This document shows, one piece after another, positions 42,031 through 56,299 of a stretch of 64,000 nucleotides of DNA. The position numbers were made by a program, and so were the translations under genes. Location of the stretch: assembly GCA_951406725.2 (NCBI GenBank), contig OX597836.1, positions 49,476,001 to 49,540,000 on the forward strand, in the 5' to 3' direction. The DNA comes from Octopus vulgaris (taxonomy: Eukaryota). The notes beneath the pieces are model-generated. The model was not told the DNA's origin. It ran no database searches and saw nothing but the letters and a program-made list of their open reading frames with translations. Each line of letters starts with the position of its first letter. Within the stretch, counting starts at the first letter, position 1.

Positions 42031-42331
42031 CTATATAGACAGACAGACAGGCAGGCAGGCAGGCAGGCAGGCAGACAGGCAGTCAGTTAGACAGACAGAC
42101 TGGCAGGCAGAGAGAGACAGACAGACAGATCGTGGTGCCAATATTTTATCTAGTATTGTGGATGTTAATGTAGTAGCGCTGATGGTGATGGTGATATTAT
42201 TATTATTATTATTATTATTATTTAAGCGTAAACACAACACCAGCTAGTGAACACGAGTGGAGGGACAAACGAAAGAACGTTACACTCAATGCATTTCGCA
42301 GGAGTCATATATCTTAATCACACTGATATCA

Positions 42332-42401
<70 letters not shown>

Positions 42402-42449
42402 TTATAGATACGTATAAAGATCATATTATGCATGAGTATATGTGTAAGT

Positions 42450-42509
<60 letters not shown>

Positions 42510-42909
42510 GTATGTATGGGGAGGGAGCTATGTGTAATATCAAGTGACTTATTCTATTCTCAAGAGAGCTTGTAGTGGATGTCATGGTTATTTAGGTTTG
42601 ATTCCGTGTTTGTGTGTGCGTAATTTGTGTTTTACTGTGTTAAGAAACACACAAAAGTCGTTCGATTCACTTTAACATTTAATATTTGTCAAAATATTTT
42701 CGTCGCTATAAGACCGCGACCTGTTCACTGACAAAACTCCGTGCTGCATCTGAGAAAGTAACAGTTAGTTCGTCATATACATGTACGTATGTATGTGTGT
42801 ATGTATGCATGTATGTATGTATGTATGTATGTATGTACGTACATACGCCTGTGTATGCATGTATGTATGTATGTATGTATGTATATATGTATGCGAGTAC
42901 ATCTCCGTA

Positions 42910-42977
<68 letters not shown>

Positions 42978-42997
42978 GCATATACATATACATCTAC

Positions 42998-43033
<36 letters not shown>

Positions 43034-43242
43034 ATACACACACATATATATATATGTATATGTATACGTACTTATGTATATATCCGTAAGGATATACATG
43101 CATATGTACGTGTATTTCAGTCACGTGCCGTGTGTAAATATTCATATTAACATGTATATAACATATTCTCAATTTTACATCCTTTCGTATATACGTGTGT
43201 GTGTGTGTGTGTGTGCGCGCGTAGGTATGTATATATACATTA

Positions 43243-43340
<98 letters not shown>

Positions 43341-43611
43341 GTATATATATATATATATTTCTAAAAAAAAAAAATAATATATATATATATATATATACGC
43401 GAGCGCGTGCGCTCACATATTCCTACAGACACAATAGTCAGCATATAAAATGCTAAGAATGAAATGATGTAACGCGCATGCTCGCATTTCTCACTCTGTA
43501 ATGACCGCTTTTGCGCCGATTGAATCGGCTGAAATCAATCTGTTTTCACAGCATATATTTAAGGCATTAGGGAGCCTCACTAATGGCTCGTCTCTTTAAC
43601 ACCGCTAAGCA

Positions 43612-43659
<48 letters not shown>

Positions 43660-43681
43660 GTGTATGTTTGTATGTATGTAT

Positions 43682-44221
<540 letters not shown>

Positions 44222-44675
44222 CACTTGGTGTTGAATAGATATAGTATCTAATTCTCTCACCCTTATTAATTAATTATAATTATGCTACATTTATTTCTAA
44301 ATGTGGTATTTGTTTCCATGAAAGTTTGGCGTGCTGTTAGTAGGGGCATTTGAATTATAACGTCGGATGTAATCAATTGAACCACACGTGTATTTATCGT
44401 TATGGTAAAATCTAGCGTGTGATTGATTGAGTGGATTTCATCCAGATAGTTTTGGCCGAGGAGCTACAAGTGGGTTTTTTGTAAGTAAAATTACATTTAA
44501 TTCATTAATAGCGAAACAATTGTCCCAAAATAATCTGTATTTTTGTTATTTTTTATTTGCCCTGTTCGTGTGAGCTAACAATCGTACTGACTTTCACGGG
44601 AAACATGTATTTTTGTGGTTGAAACCTTTTGGATTTTCTAGTGCTAGAATGAGCCACATAGTGACCATTCTCTTA

Positions 44676-44760
<85 letters not shown>

Positions 44761-45026
44761 ATATATATATATCTATATATGTATGTATATATATATGCAT
44801 GTATGTATGTATATGTATGTATATATACATCCATATACACACAATCGCATACACACACACACACACACACGCACGCACATACACACGCACGCCCATTTCG
44901 TACGTATGTTGATATATACGAACACAAGTGAGTGGACAAACAAAAGAACGCTACACTCAATGCATTTCGCAGGAGTCACATATCTTAATCACACTGATAT
45001 AATATATATATATATATATATATATA

Positions 45027-45527
45027 CTAGCAGTATCGCCCGGCGTTGCTCGGGTTTGTAAGGGAAATAACTATATAAGCATTTTTAGAGAGTTACTTCC
45101 CTTATAGATGCCAATTCGTGCTTTCTTAGCCATTTCTGTTTTGGTGTCTTCAAGCCATGAAGTCGTTGTTCTAAAAGAACGCTGGTCTCCTTGACAACGC
45201 TTTACGACGTTGATTTCCTTACACTCCCTTCCCCACAGCTTCACGAGGGAGAGAAGCAAACAGGTGCAGCTGTGACCATGGACGCCAACTCCGCCACCAT
45301 CGACACACGAAAAATTATGCATTAAAATGGAATAAAAAATGATGTTAAATTATTTCTAAAATCGTAGACTCATCGTAGACGCGCGCTAATACCCAGACGG
45401 GCTCGATATGAATCACGACTATAAGATACCCGAATTTGGTTAAACTGCACAGCAAAATGTGGGAGCAGTTAGGAATCTAAATCGAAGGGGACAGACACTC
45501 ACACAACTACAGTTTTATATATATAGA
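45027..45527 (-). mobile_element. Non-autonomous Helitron, copy 2
   Basis: Reverse complement of 37073-37706 without the internal duplications; TC...CTAG termini at an A/T site. Confidence 0.85.
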
Positions 45528-45576
45528 TATATATACATATAAATACACACAAACACACACACACATTTTTATATAG

Positions 45577-45872
45577 GACTACGATCGTTTCGGTTTCCTT
45601 TTGCACTCTTCCTTAGTGCGTGGGGAAAGATGTAATGAAATCGAATGCACCCCATAGTGCCAAAGAAACCTCCTCCGGCCACATAAAGCGGTTCAGTGAA
45701 ATAAGAAGCATATTTTGCCGCACATAACAGTGAAACGTTCGTTTTATAACACGGAATCGCTTTATGTGGCCTGAGGAGGCATCTTCTGAACTACATGGTG
45801 CTTCCGGTTCCATTACATCGTTCGCCAGCCACTGGGAAGCAGTGCAGACGTAAGCTGAAACGGTCGTAGTGC
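45577..45872. mobile_element. Decayed ~300-bp fold-back element with HHR-like remnants in both outer arms
   Basis: ctacgatcgtttc / gaaacggtcgtag; gatgtaatg / cattacatc; cctcc.ggccacataaagcg / cgctttatgtggcc.gagg. Confidence 0.65.
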
Positions 45873-46123
45873 TAAATAAAGCTTGTAGTGCACTTTGTCT
45901 TCCCTATTAATCATTTAGAATACACTCATCGTGCACCGAGGAATTCCTTCCGTACATCCAGCAACGAAAGTACACTACCCCGGATGGCCCCTGGTAGCCG
46001 AAAGCGGTGAACATGCTCTGCAAGCGCACTACGGGGAACATTCCCATAACAAGCTTTGGATACTACAACTTTCGGCCGTCTAAACTTCAATTTCAAATAC
46101 AACATATAGATAGATACGTACAT

Positions 46124-46191
<68 letters not shown>

Positions 46192-46197
<6 letters not shown>

Positions 46198-46883
46198 TAA
46201 TAAATAAAATATATGCATACATACAAACATATATGTACGTACCTACAACTACATGTATATATACATGCATATATAAATATATATACGTGAGTACAGGACA
46301 CCACAACTAGACGTAGAACTCAACGAGAAACGAAAATGGAAAAACCATTTTTTTACAACAGAAAAACAGAGTACAGGACATATTACACAAGGAAAAATCC
46401 CCTTCATCAGCTGTCACTAGTTCGACTCCAGCGTGTTTCGAAGGCAAGACAGAACACGACTAGCCAAACTAGTCCTTCCTGCGAGAGAATTAAAATAAAA
46501 TTACCTCGCAGAGGGGTAAAAACAAACAAGAAAAAATGTAACACAAACAGGACGTAAAAACGATACAAATAAAACTACAAAATAAAATACAAGATAAAAA
46601 TACATGTACAAGAAAATACAATACGAGAAATAAAAAGAAAATACAATACGAGAAATAAAAAAAAAACAAAAAAACAAGCAAACAAACAAGAAAACAAACG
46701 AAAAGGCCTTTTTTCTGGCTGAGAAGGAGGAGATTCTAGCAGCGCATGGGAACACAAATGTGTGTCTTTACAGTTTGAAAGCCGCGTGTAAAAGTAAGTA
46801 GTTTTGGCTAGCAGTGACAAAGATGAGGAGGAGTGAGAGAGAGAGAGATAGAGGAAGACAAGCGGCTGAGAGAGAGATGAGGA

Positions 46884-46937
<54 letters not shown>

Positions 46938-47242
46938 GAAGGTAAAACAAAGAGATAAAGAATTTCGCGTCATAATTATATACTGGGAGAATAAGAACGG
47001 AACGAAGCGAACGAATCGAATCGAACCCGACGCGAGGGCGCTGTCAAACAATAGTGTAATAAATAAAATATATGCATACATACAAACATATATGTACGTA
47101 CCTACATCTACATGTATATATACATGCATATATAAATATATATACGTGAGTACAGGACACCACAACTAGACGTAGAACTCAACGAGCAACAAAAACGGAA
47201 AAAACATCTTTTACAACAGAAAAACAGAGACGTAGAACACAA

Positions 47243-47245
<3 letters not shown>
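46192..47245 (-). mobile_element. Non-coding partial-tandem element with 136-bp direct repeats (46192-46327 and 47051-47186); probable non-autonomous PLE
   Basis: Near-identical direct repeats 859 bp apart, (TA)n flanks, no ORF, CTGATGA and GAAAC motifs at ~46405-46445. Confidence 0.6.
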
Positions 47246-47311
<66 letters not shown>

Positions 47312-47411
47312 CTTTTATTCTCTTATCTCCCTTTATACTTCTTATTTTCACCCCTTTCCAAAATAACTCCTTATATTCAACGCTACTATTTCCCTCTAAC
47401 GCTCCCACATC

Positions 47412-47458
47412 GTCTCTGATGAAAGGATATCCCTAATATCCCAGAAACAGCTGTAGAC
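47412..47458 (+). ncRNA. PLE-type hammerhead motif (slightly degenerate)
   Basis: GTCT-CTGATGA-aa-GGATAT cccta ATATCC-ca-GAAA-CAGCTG-T-AGAC; palindromic stem III. Confidence 0.55.
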
Positions 47459-47543
47459 CTAACTTTCTCTTTATAAATGTTTTGCAAATTCCACACAGCC
47501 TTGGCTTTGTTGTCTCATTTTATTTAGCATATATATGTGTTTA

Positions 47544-47584
<41 letters not shown>

Positions 47585-47626
47585 TCATCATCATCATTTA
47601 ACGTCCGCTTTCCATGCCAGCATGGG

Positions 47627-47669
<43 letters not shown>

Positions 47670-47671
47670 TA

Positions 47672-48252
47672 ATGAATAAATGAAAGAATGGAGTCGAACG
47701 AAGATGTTAACAAAATTCCTTTACTCTCGACATATGTTTCGAAGACAGCATGTTTTCATTCCAAAGGAATAAAGGGTGCATTATGCAATCTTCTCATCAG
47801 GAAAGAAAGGAGCCTCTTCGACAACAAGACAAACAAAAATTTCGATGATTGCCTACATGGTAAACAAAGCGATAATGAGTGTTTTTTTAGAACCAAAGAT
47901 TAGTAGGAAGAGAAGGGATAAAGGTATAATAGGTAGGGAACAGTATGTTTCAATGCATACAGCAAACATACTGTTCCCTACCTATTATACCTTTATCCCT
48001 TCTCTTCCTACTATCTATCTTTGACGTCAATTCTTCTAACGGTTTAAAACACTCATTATCGCTTTGTTTACCATAAGCAATCATCGAAATTTTTGTCTGT
48101 CTTGTTGTCGAGAGAGGCTCCCTTTCTTTCCTGATGAGAAGATTGCATAATGCACCCTTTATTCCTTTGGAATGAAAACATGCTGTCTTCGAACATAGTC
48201 GATAGTAAAGGAATTTGTTAACATCTTCGTTCGACTCCATTCATTTATTCAT
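47672..48252. mobile_element. ~580-bp near-perfect palindromic element with a hammerhead motif in each arm
   Basis: Outer arms are reverse complements; central perfect 50-bp stem 47901-47950 / 47964-48013 with a 13-nt loop. Confidence 0.9.
47724..47805 (-). ncRNA. Type I hammerhead ribozyme, fully canonical core (degenerate mirror copy on + at 48126-48205)
   Basis: CTTTC-CTGATGA-GAAGA...TCTTC-GAAA-CATATG-TC-GAGAG: stem I CUUUC/GAGAG, G-C closed stem II, palindromic stem III, GUC site. Confidence 0.8.
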
Positions 48253-48403
48253 ATACAACACACAAATTTCTGCACATGAACCCGGAGTTTCTACCCTTGA
48301 CAGGTCGCTTCAACCGTGTTTCTGACGTGAATTTGCTACCCAGGTTTCGGTTAAACGAATTTTCCATGCTGACGATAAACATAGGATAATTCATTCACCT
48401 ACT

Positions 48404-48479
<76 letters not shown>

Positions 48480-48497
48480 CATTATTATTATTATTTC

Positions 48498-48879
48498 TTT
48501 AAAGGACACAATACATGTTTTAAGTGCTACTAATAGTTTCATATGTTGAGAAATATCTCAAACATATTCATCAGGACAAACCACATATCATAATGAACTA
48601 AAAAATTGAATAAGAGAAGAAACGCAAAAAAAAAAGACGCGGAAGGTTAACGGCTAAGGAGGATAACTCTTTTATCTCTTTTATTTTTTACATTTTACTT
48701 TTACCGCTTTTCCTTTTCCGTTTCTTTTTAACCTTCTGCGTTTTCTATATGCTGCTTTCTCAGCTTTTTCGCATTTCTTCTTTCATTCAATTTTTTTAGT
48801 TCGTTTTCTGTGGTTTGAGATATTTCTCAATATGCGAAACTATTATCAGCACTTAAAGACATGTATTGTGTCCTTTAAA
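48498..48879. mobile_element. Decayed fold-back element with an HHR motif on the minus strand (48524-48577)
   Basis: tttaaaggacacaatacatg / catgtattgtgtcctttaaa; CTGATGA-ATATGTTTGAGA tatt TCTCAACATAT-GAAA-CTATTAG-TA. Confidence 0.7.
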
Positions 48880-51748
48880 TAAATTATATTTATCTCTCAC
48901 CAGCTGGAGCACTGTTTTATTGATCTTTCTATCACGGAACAGTACAGTAAGAATACGGATTTCTAAGAATCGAACAGTTCTCACAATACGCACTTCACCA
49001 AGTGTATGGCTAACAAGAAGGACCAAGGTTAAGATTCGCACAAACCTTATCATCGTTTGGAAAATACAGACATTACAATGGAAGAACGTATGTATAAACT
49101 GATCAGATAAGAGAAGTGAGAGAACAGAGGTTTATTCCATTGGTTGACAGCTGTTTCATAACCATGTTATTTATGTAATTGACGTTACATCACCATTCGC
49201 ACGTAAATAAGATATGCATATAAATATATATGAAAACCCATATATATATATATATAAATGTGCTGCAATTAACTGACAGACTGGTTTTCAGTAAAACTTC
49301 ATGCTAGCTGGAAACATTATGTAAAGAGTTTTATATTTTATGTATGTGTCAACGATGGCGTAATATCACGCGCGCGCGCGTACACACACACACATACACA
49401 CACACACACACACGCACACACACACACACACACGCACATACATATGAGTGTGTGTGAAGAGAGAGAAAGAGTTAATTAGAGATAAGGGAATGAAAGAAAG
49501 AAAGAAAGGAAAAAGGAGGAAAGAAAAAGAAAGAGAGAAAGTGTGCGTGTTTGCGTGTGTGCGTGTTTGCGTGTGTGCGTGTTTGCGTGTGTGCGTGTTT
49601 GCGTGTGTGCGCGCACGCGCAAGTTAGACACTGTGCTTGTCTAACCTAAAAATATTATCCAATTCCTGACTTATACACTGAATATATTGAAACATTAAAT
49701 TGACTTCGTTCTTTGAAGGAAGAAGAGGAAACCTATTTAATTATGAACGTGAGTAATTTTAGTGGAGTGAAAGAGGGGGAGGGGGGAGAATCACCGAACG
49801 AAAGTGCTCGGAAGCATTTCGGCCGTCTTTGTCTTCTGAGTTCAAATTCCTCCGAAGTTCACTTTGCCAATGTTTTGTTCGTTTTTCCCCCATCCCCGGG
49901 GCAATTATATTATATAAAATATGTGTTATTTGTTTTGACTTTAAATATTCTCTAAAAGTATATATATCGTTAACGTGTACCAAGAGTCGGATTAATACCA
50001 GTTCTGATTAGTCATATTATTGCTCCTAGCCTTTGTTCGGGCATCCTTCTAGGAGAAGGTAACTCAGGTAACTGGGATAACTCCGACATAAAACCTGCGG
50101 CTCAGTGGTTACCGATGATGTTGACTTGTTCTTCTTTTTGGATTATGGCTGCTGTTGCTTAGTGAGTGGGATTGACTCAGTGCACAGCCTTCCCTCACAT
50201 TAAAAAAAAATCTTCTTGCACAGGAATTGCACGATAACAACATTGATTAAGCTTCGTGCAATGGCCATACTCGATAACGAGGGGGCAGCCACCATATGTA
50301 TGCATATATGTATGTATGCATGTGTATATGTACGTATGCATATATGTATGTATGTAGGTATGTATGTATGCATGTATATATTTATGCATGAATGTATGCA
50401 TACATGAATGTATATGTATGTATGCGTATCATGTATATATATGTGTATGCATGCATGTACGCATGTATGCATGTATGTATATGTGTGCATGTATGTATGT
50501 ATGTATGTATGCATGTATGTATGTATGTATATATGTATGCATATATGTATTTATGCATGTAAGTATGCATGTATGCATGTTTGTATGTATGTGTGTATGT
50601 GTGTATGTATGTATATATATAGGCAAGCATGTATGCATGTATGTGTGCATGCATGTATATATGTATGCATGTATGTATGCACGTATGTATGCACGTATGT
50701 ATGTATATATACATGCATGTATGTATGTATGCATGCATGTATATATGTATGTATGCATTATGCATGTGTATATGTATGTATTCATGTATGTATGTGTGAG
50801 TATGTATATATGTATTTATATATGTATATATGTGTTTATGCATGTATGTATGCATTATGTATGCATATATGTATTCATGTATGCATGTATATATATGTAT
50901 GCATACATGTATGTATGTATGCATGTGTTTATTCATGTATGCATGTATTAAACATGTATATATGTATGTATACACGTATGCATGTGTGCATGCACGTATG
51001 TATATTGTCGTTGTTTGCGCATCACTCAAGGCTGAATGGTGCGACTCGATGGCAGACAGCGAGGTTGAACCAGTCCTTCTTCTCTTTGCCGTATCAGTCA
51101 TCGTTGATCAGAGAATGGGATTGGCCGAGTTCACGGCTTCTCCTCACTTTAAAAAAAAAAGCATCTTGCAACAAGCATCGCTTGACGTACACCAGCGTCG
51201 CCATCGCATACTCCAGAACGAGGAAGACAACAACAACAACAACAACAACAACCACGTCAATAACAACAAAAAAGGACATTTTGATTGTTCAATCGATATC
51301 GACCTGTTAAAGATTGGATGTTTCATAAGCTTTTGTTATTGTCGTGACTGGTGGTGGTGGTGGTCGTCGTCGTCGTCGTTGTTGATATCGTTGTTGTTGT
51401 TGTTGCTGTTGTTGTTGTTGTTGTTGTTGTTGTAATTGTTGTTTTTGTTTTTGTTGTAAAATCTTCACTTTCAGTATATTTGCAACACTGGTAGAACCAA
51501 ACACCCTCCATATGCTCGGTGTCGTAACAAAGATAGATTATCTCCCCCTTTTCTAGCCAACCTTCCCCGCTTCTCCGCGAGGAGGCTACGTTTGAATTGT
51601 TCTCGTCCATTCTTAGTAACCAAAACAGGTCATAAAGTCTGGATTTCACTGAAATGACATCAAAAATGACGAATGCAGTGTTATTTGTACCATTGACGTC
51701 ATGCTACATGTAGCGCGTAATTTTCCCTCTTGTAAAATGTGCCTTCTG

Positions 51749-51794
<46 letters not shown>

Positions 51795-51858
51795 GCATTC
51801 ATTCATACATCTATACATGCATATACACATGTAAATGTTTGTGTATGTATATTTATAT

Positions 51859-51904
<46 letters not shown>

Positions 51905-52744
51905 ATTCACATTATTTGCATGTGTGTATAAAATATTAATAACTCTCAGATGAATTGAGAGCTTTCTATTGCTGGATCCTTTCAACAAACGTACAGCACA
52001 CTGTGTGTGTGTGTGTGTGTTTTATGGACGAGTTGCATTTAACACAGTATTTATGTTTTGTCTGTGTCCGTGATATACTTTGTGTTGTCGAGTGCAATGA
52101 TGATGATGATGACGATGAATCGGTTGTATTTGATGTCCTCTGATCTGTCTGTTGCAGTAAATTTGGTCGGTGCTGCTTGCGGCCTGTTGCCTTGGAACGA
52201 AGTTTATCGATGGTGGATGTCAGTGTAGAGGATCTGTGCCGCTGTGTCTGGTGAATGGTTGATGGCTTCAAAACATATGCACAGCTCTGAAGAAGAAGTG
52301 GTGTATATATTTTGAAATAATGTGGGGGAGATATAAGTTTTAAAATAAAGGTAGAAGTAGCAGTCCTTTTGGTACTCCGTTCGCTGTTGTTTGCTGACTT
52401 TAATAGTCTTTAATAGACTTTATTAGTTTGTGTTTTGAGTTGTTTTTTAAAGGAAAATGACAATATTTGTTTGTTTTTGATTTAGACACAAGGCCAGCAA
52501 TTTTTCAGGAGAAGGGAGGGGTAGGTACTTGTCAGGTAGTATATTTTATCGACCCTGGACGAATAAAAAATATAGCCAGCCTCGATGGAATTCGAACACA
52601 GAACGTATAGTATCATGACCATGCCAACAAAATATATTTACATATTTCAAATGCAAATGAAATATATGCGCACACACACACACACATATTTTCTTCGGGA
52701 TTAAAGAAAAAGACAAAAAACGGAAAATATGACATACTTGTGTA

Positions 52745-52828
<84 letters not shown>

Positions 52829-52845
52829 TATATATATATATATAA

Positions 52846-52904
<59 letters not shown>

Positions 52905-52993
52905 CATATATACATACATATATATATGCATACATATATGTATGTATATGTATAGATATGTATGTATGTATATATATATATATATATATACAT

Positions 52994-53052
<59 letters not shown>

Positions 53053-53192
53053 CATATATACATACATATATATATACATACATATATACATACATATATA
53101 TATATGCATACATATATGTATGTATATGTATAGATATGTATGTATGTATATATATATATGTGTGTATGCATATATATATGTATGTATATATG

Positions 53193-53246
<54 letters not shown>

Positions 53247-53559
53247 CATACATATCTATACCACCATCGGTAATATCAGGGAAATATAGCATATATAAAA
53301 TAATTACAAGTTTACTTTTGTACTTTTAATTATTTATTTTTTCTCTTTTAGCAAATTTTGGACCTTTTATTCCTTTTTCGAAAAGCGTGACGAGGGCATA
53401 AAAAGAAATTAAGGGTTAAAAAATGCAGATTAGGGATTAAAGGACAAAGAGTCCGACTACAATTGTCATATTGTGCTCAAGCAGTAAAATTTAATTTACG
53501 GGAGATGTGACTCTCATTTCTAGCAATTCTTATGATCATGTAAAGATTCTTTCATATTT

Positions 53560-53618
<59 letters not shown>

Positions 53619-53984
53619 AAGTGTATTCATGTGTTTTAGTGACCACAACTGAATGCATGTCTGTGTATGCGTGTCAGTCGGTGGTTTTGTGCGTTTATGC
53701 GTGTGTATGTATATATGTATGTTTGTATGTATGTGTGTGTGTGTGTATGTGTTTCAAAAGAAGGGACACTACGGTTATGAAGTTGCAGAGTGATCCTCAG
53801 CGATGTGCAGTGATGTGCATTTGCGGTGCAGCGAAATGCAGGTGGTACAGGGTATTGGCGGGGGGGGGCGGGGGGGGCTGTAGCAACGTGGACTTTATTA
53901 CGTGTTTCGCTAAGAGAAATGACGCAATATTCGACCTTGATGTCTCATTTGGTCAGAAGATAAGATTGCGGCGGGCGTGGGAGG

Positions 53985-54655
53985 GCGGTGGTGGCGGCAG
54001 CGGAGGTGGCTGTGCTGGTGGTGATGGTGGTGGTGGTAGTGGTGATGGTGGTGGTGGTGGTGGTGGTGGTGGCGGCGGCGGCAGTGGTGGCGGCAGTGGT
54101 GGCGGCAGCGGAGGTGGCTGTGCTGGTGGTGATGGTGGTGGTGGTGGTGGTGGTGGTGGTGGTGGTGGTGGTGGTGGTGGTGGTGGCGGCGGCGGCAGTG
54201 GTGGCGGCAGCGGAGGTGGCTGTGCTGGTGGTGGTGGTGGTGGTGGTGGTGGTGGTGATGGTGATGGTGGTGGTGGTGGCGGCGGCGGCAGTGGTGGCGG
54301 CAGTGGTGGCGGCAGCGGAGGTGGCTGTGCTGGTGGTGGTGGTGGTGGTGGTGGTGGTGGCGGCGGCGGCAGTGGTGGCGGCAGTGGTGGCGGCAGCGGA
54401 GGTGGCTGTGCTGGTGGTGATGGTGGTGGTGGTGGTGGTGGTGGTGGTGGTGGTAGTGGTGGTGGCGGCGGCGGCAGTGGTGGCGGCAGTGGTGGCGGCA
54501 GCGGAGGTGACTGTGCTGGTGGTGATGGTGGTGGTGGTAGTGGTGATGGTGGTGGTGGTGGTGGGTGGTGGTGGTGGTGGTGGTGGTGGTGGTGGTGGCG
54601 GCAGTGGTGGCGGCAGCGGAGGTGGCTGTGCTGGTGGTGGTGGTGGGGGGGGGGG
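53985..54655. repeat. (GGT/GGC)n array with a recurring ggcggcagcggaggtggctgtgctggtggt unit
   Basis: The unit recurs about 7 times at ~90-110 bp spacing. Confidence 0.9.
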
Positions 54656-54773
54656 TCTTGAACTGTGTGTGCGCATGTATTTGTGCGGATAAGGAGTAAC
54701 TGCGTTACAGATATGCATAAGAATGCGAGTGTGTATATGTAATAGTCTAAGGGCACACACACACACACATACA

Positions 54774-54848
<75 letters not shown>

Positions 54849-54864
54849 ACACACACGAAAACAT

Positions 54865-54996
54865 AGGCTGTTTTGTAAGAAGTTTGTTTCCAAACTAAAT
54901 GGTTCCGGGTTCAGTCCTACTGTTTGGCACCGAGGGCAAGCGTCTTCTTTCTTTAGGCTGAGTAGATTTGGTAGACGGAAACTGAAAGAAGCCTGT
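54865..54996 (+). mobile_element. CORE-type SINE fragment
   Basis: ggttccgggttcagtcctac...gggcaagcgtcttc...atttggtagacggaaactgaaagaagcctgtc. Confidence 0.7.
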
Positions 54997-56248
54997 CACA
55001 CACACACACTCAGGCACGTGCCCCAGTATGGCCGTAGCGGCTGAAATAAAAGAATATGTACGTATGCTCAAATTTCTCGATCGAATCCCGAAAAGTGGCG
55101 ACGTGAAAGTATTAAGGGGACGGTGTCTTCCATGTTGTTGTTGCTGCTGTCTTCCCTCCCCCCCCCCCCCTCGTCAGGCCCGCACCTACTTCCGGTCGCG
55201 TGCAACTATCAACGAAAGCTTTCCATTTGGGATTTTCCAGTCCTTACATTTTGGCAGTGAATCGAGGACTACGGCTATCTTCTGTGTCCTCGATTTGGGG
55301 GCGCTCTGGCTGCAATTTCTAGCAGTTCAAGCGACCGTACGCACATCTCATCCTTACCTCGCTGTTACTACTGGTGGTGGTGGTGGTGATGGTGGCTGCG
55401 GCGACGGCGGTGGTTACGATGATATTCATCCTGCATGTGTGTACATACGCACAAACACACCACCGCCACCACCATCACCATCACCATCACCACCACCACC
55501 ACCACCACCACACATGCAAGTACACACATTGGCCAAACTAAGATTAAATAAGTAGAATTAAATAAATACTTTGTTCAACGCTGCTTCGTGCGACTTCATT
55601 TATTTAGTTCTAACTTGACCAAATCAACTGAAGGACGGTACCGCTGTTCTAATATAAGACCGAAAGAAGTCTTACCTGCCATTCCGAGCTGACGACGCGA
55701 GGCAACGCAGAAACGCCGGAGAGAAGAATTCTCTGCGGAGTCTCTTTCCGCAGTGGAAGGTCTTCGCACGTCCAAATGTGCTCCATCATCACTTAAATAG
55801 ATGCCGCTTCGTGCGACTTTGTGTGTGTGTGAGAGAGAGAGAGCAGAGTGTGTGTGTGTGAGTGTATCTATATATATGCATGCATACTTATTTGCGTGAA
55901 TACACACGGGGACACACACACACACACATATCTTCTCCCTCTATTTATTCTGGTCTTTCTCCTTTCCGTTTCATCTCCTTCCCACACACACTCCTGTCAT
56001 AGGCCTAATTAATTTTTAATTAGTTATTAATTTCTTATAACACAGCATAAATATTTCTTAGGTTGGAATTAAAATCTCCCAGAATGTGTGTGTCTGTTTT
56101 CCATACATATAGGCGTGTACGTGCATACACACACACACACACACACAGAAAAAGAAGGAGAGAAGGATAATATAGAGATGGATAGACAGACAGACAGACA
56201 GAAGAGTAGAGACATACATACGCACAAATATACATATATATATTTATG

Positions 56249-56299
<51 letters not shown>

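Noticed and set aside
47688-48240. Mirror ORFs MESNEDVNK on both strands
   Set aside because: Consequence of the palindrome; the frames diverge and have no recognisable domain
48853-49102. Signal-peptide-like ORF MIRFVRILTLVLLVSHTLG and a plus-strand exon candidate 48904-49087
   Set aside because: Plausible splice signals on both strands and no homology; strand and function cannot be assigned
55584-55819. Short direct repeat GCTTCGTGCGACTT resembling a TSD
   Set aside because: The enclosed sequence has no retroposon tail or TIR and looks more like a promoter and first exon
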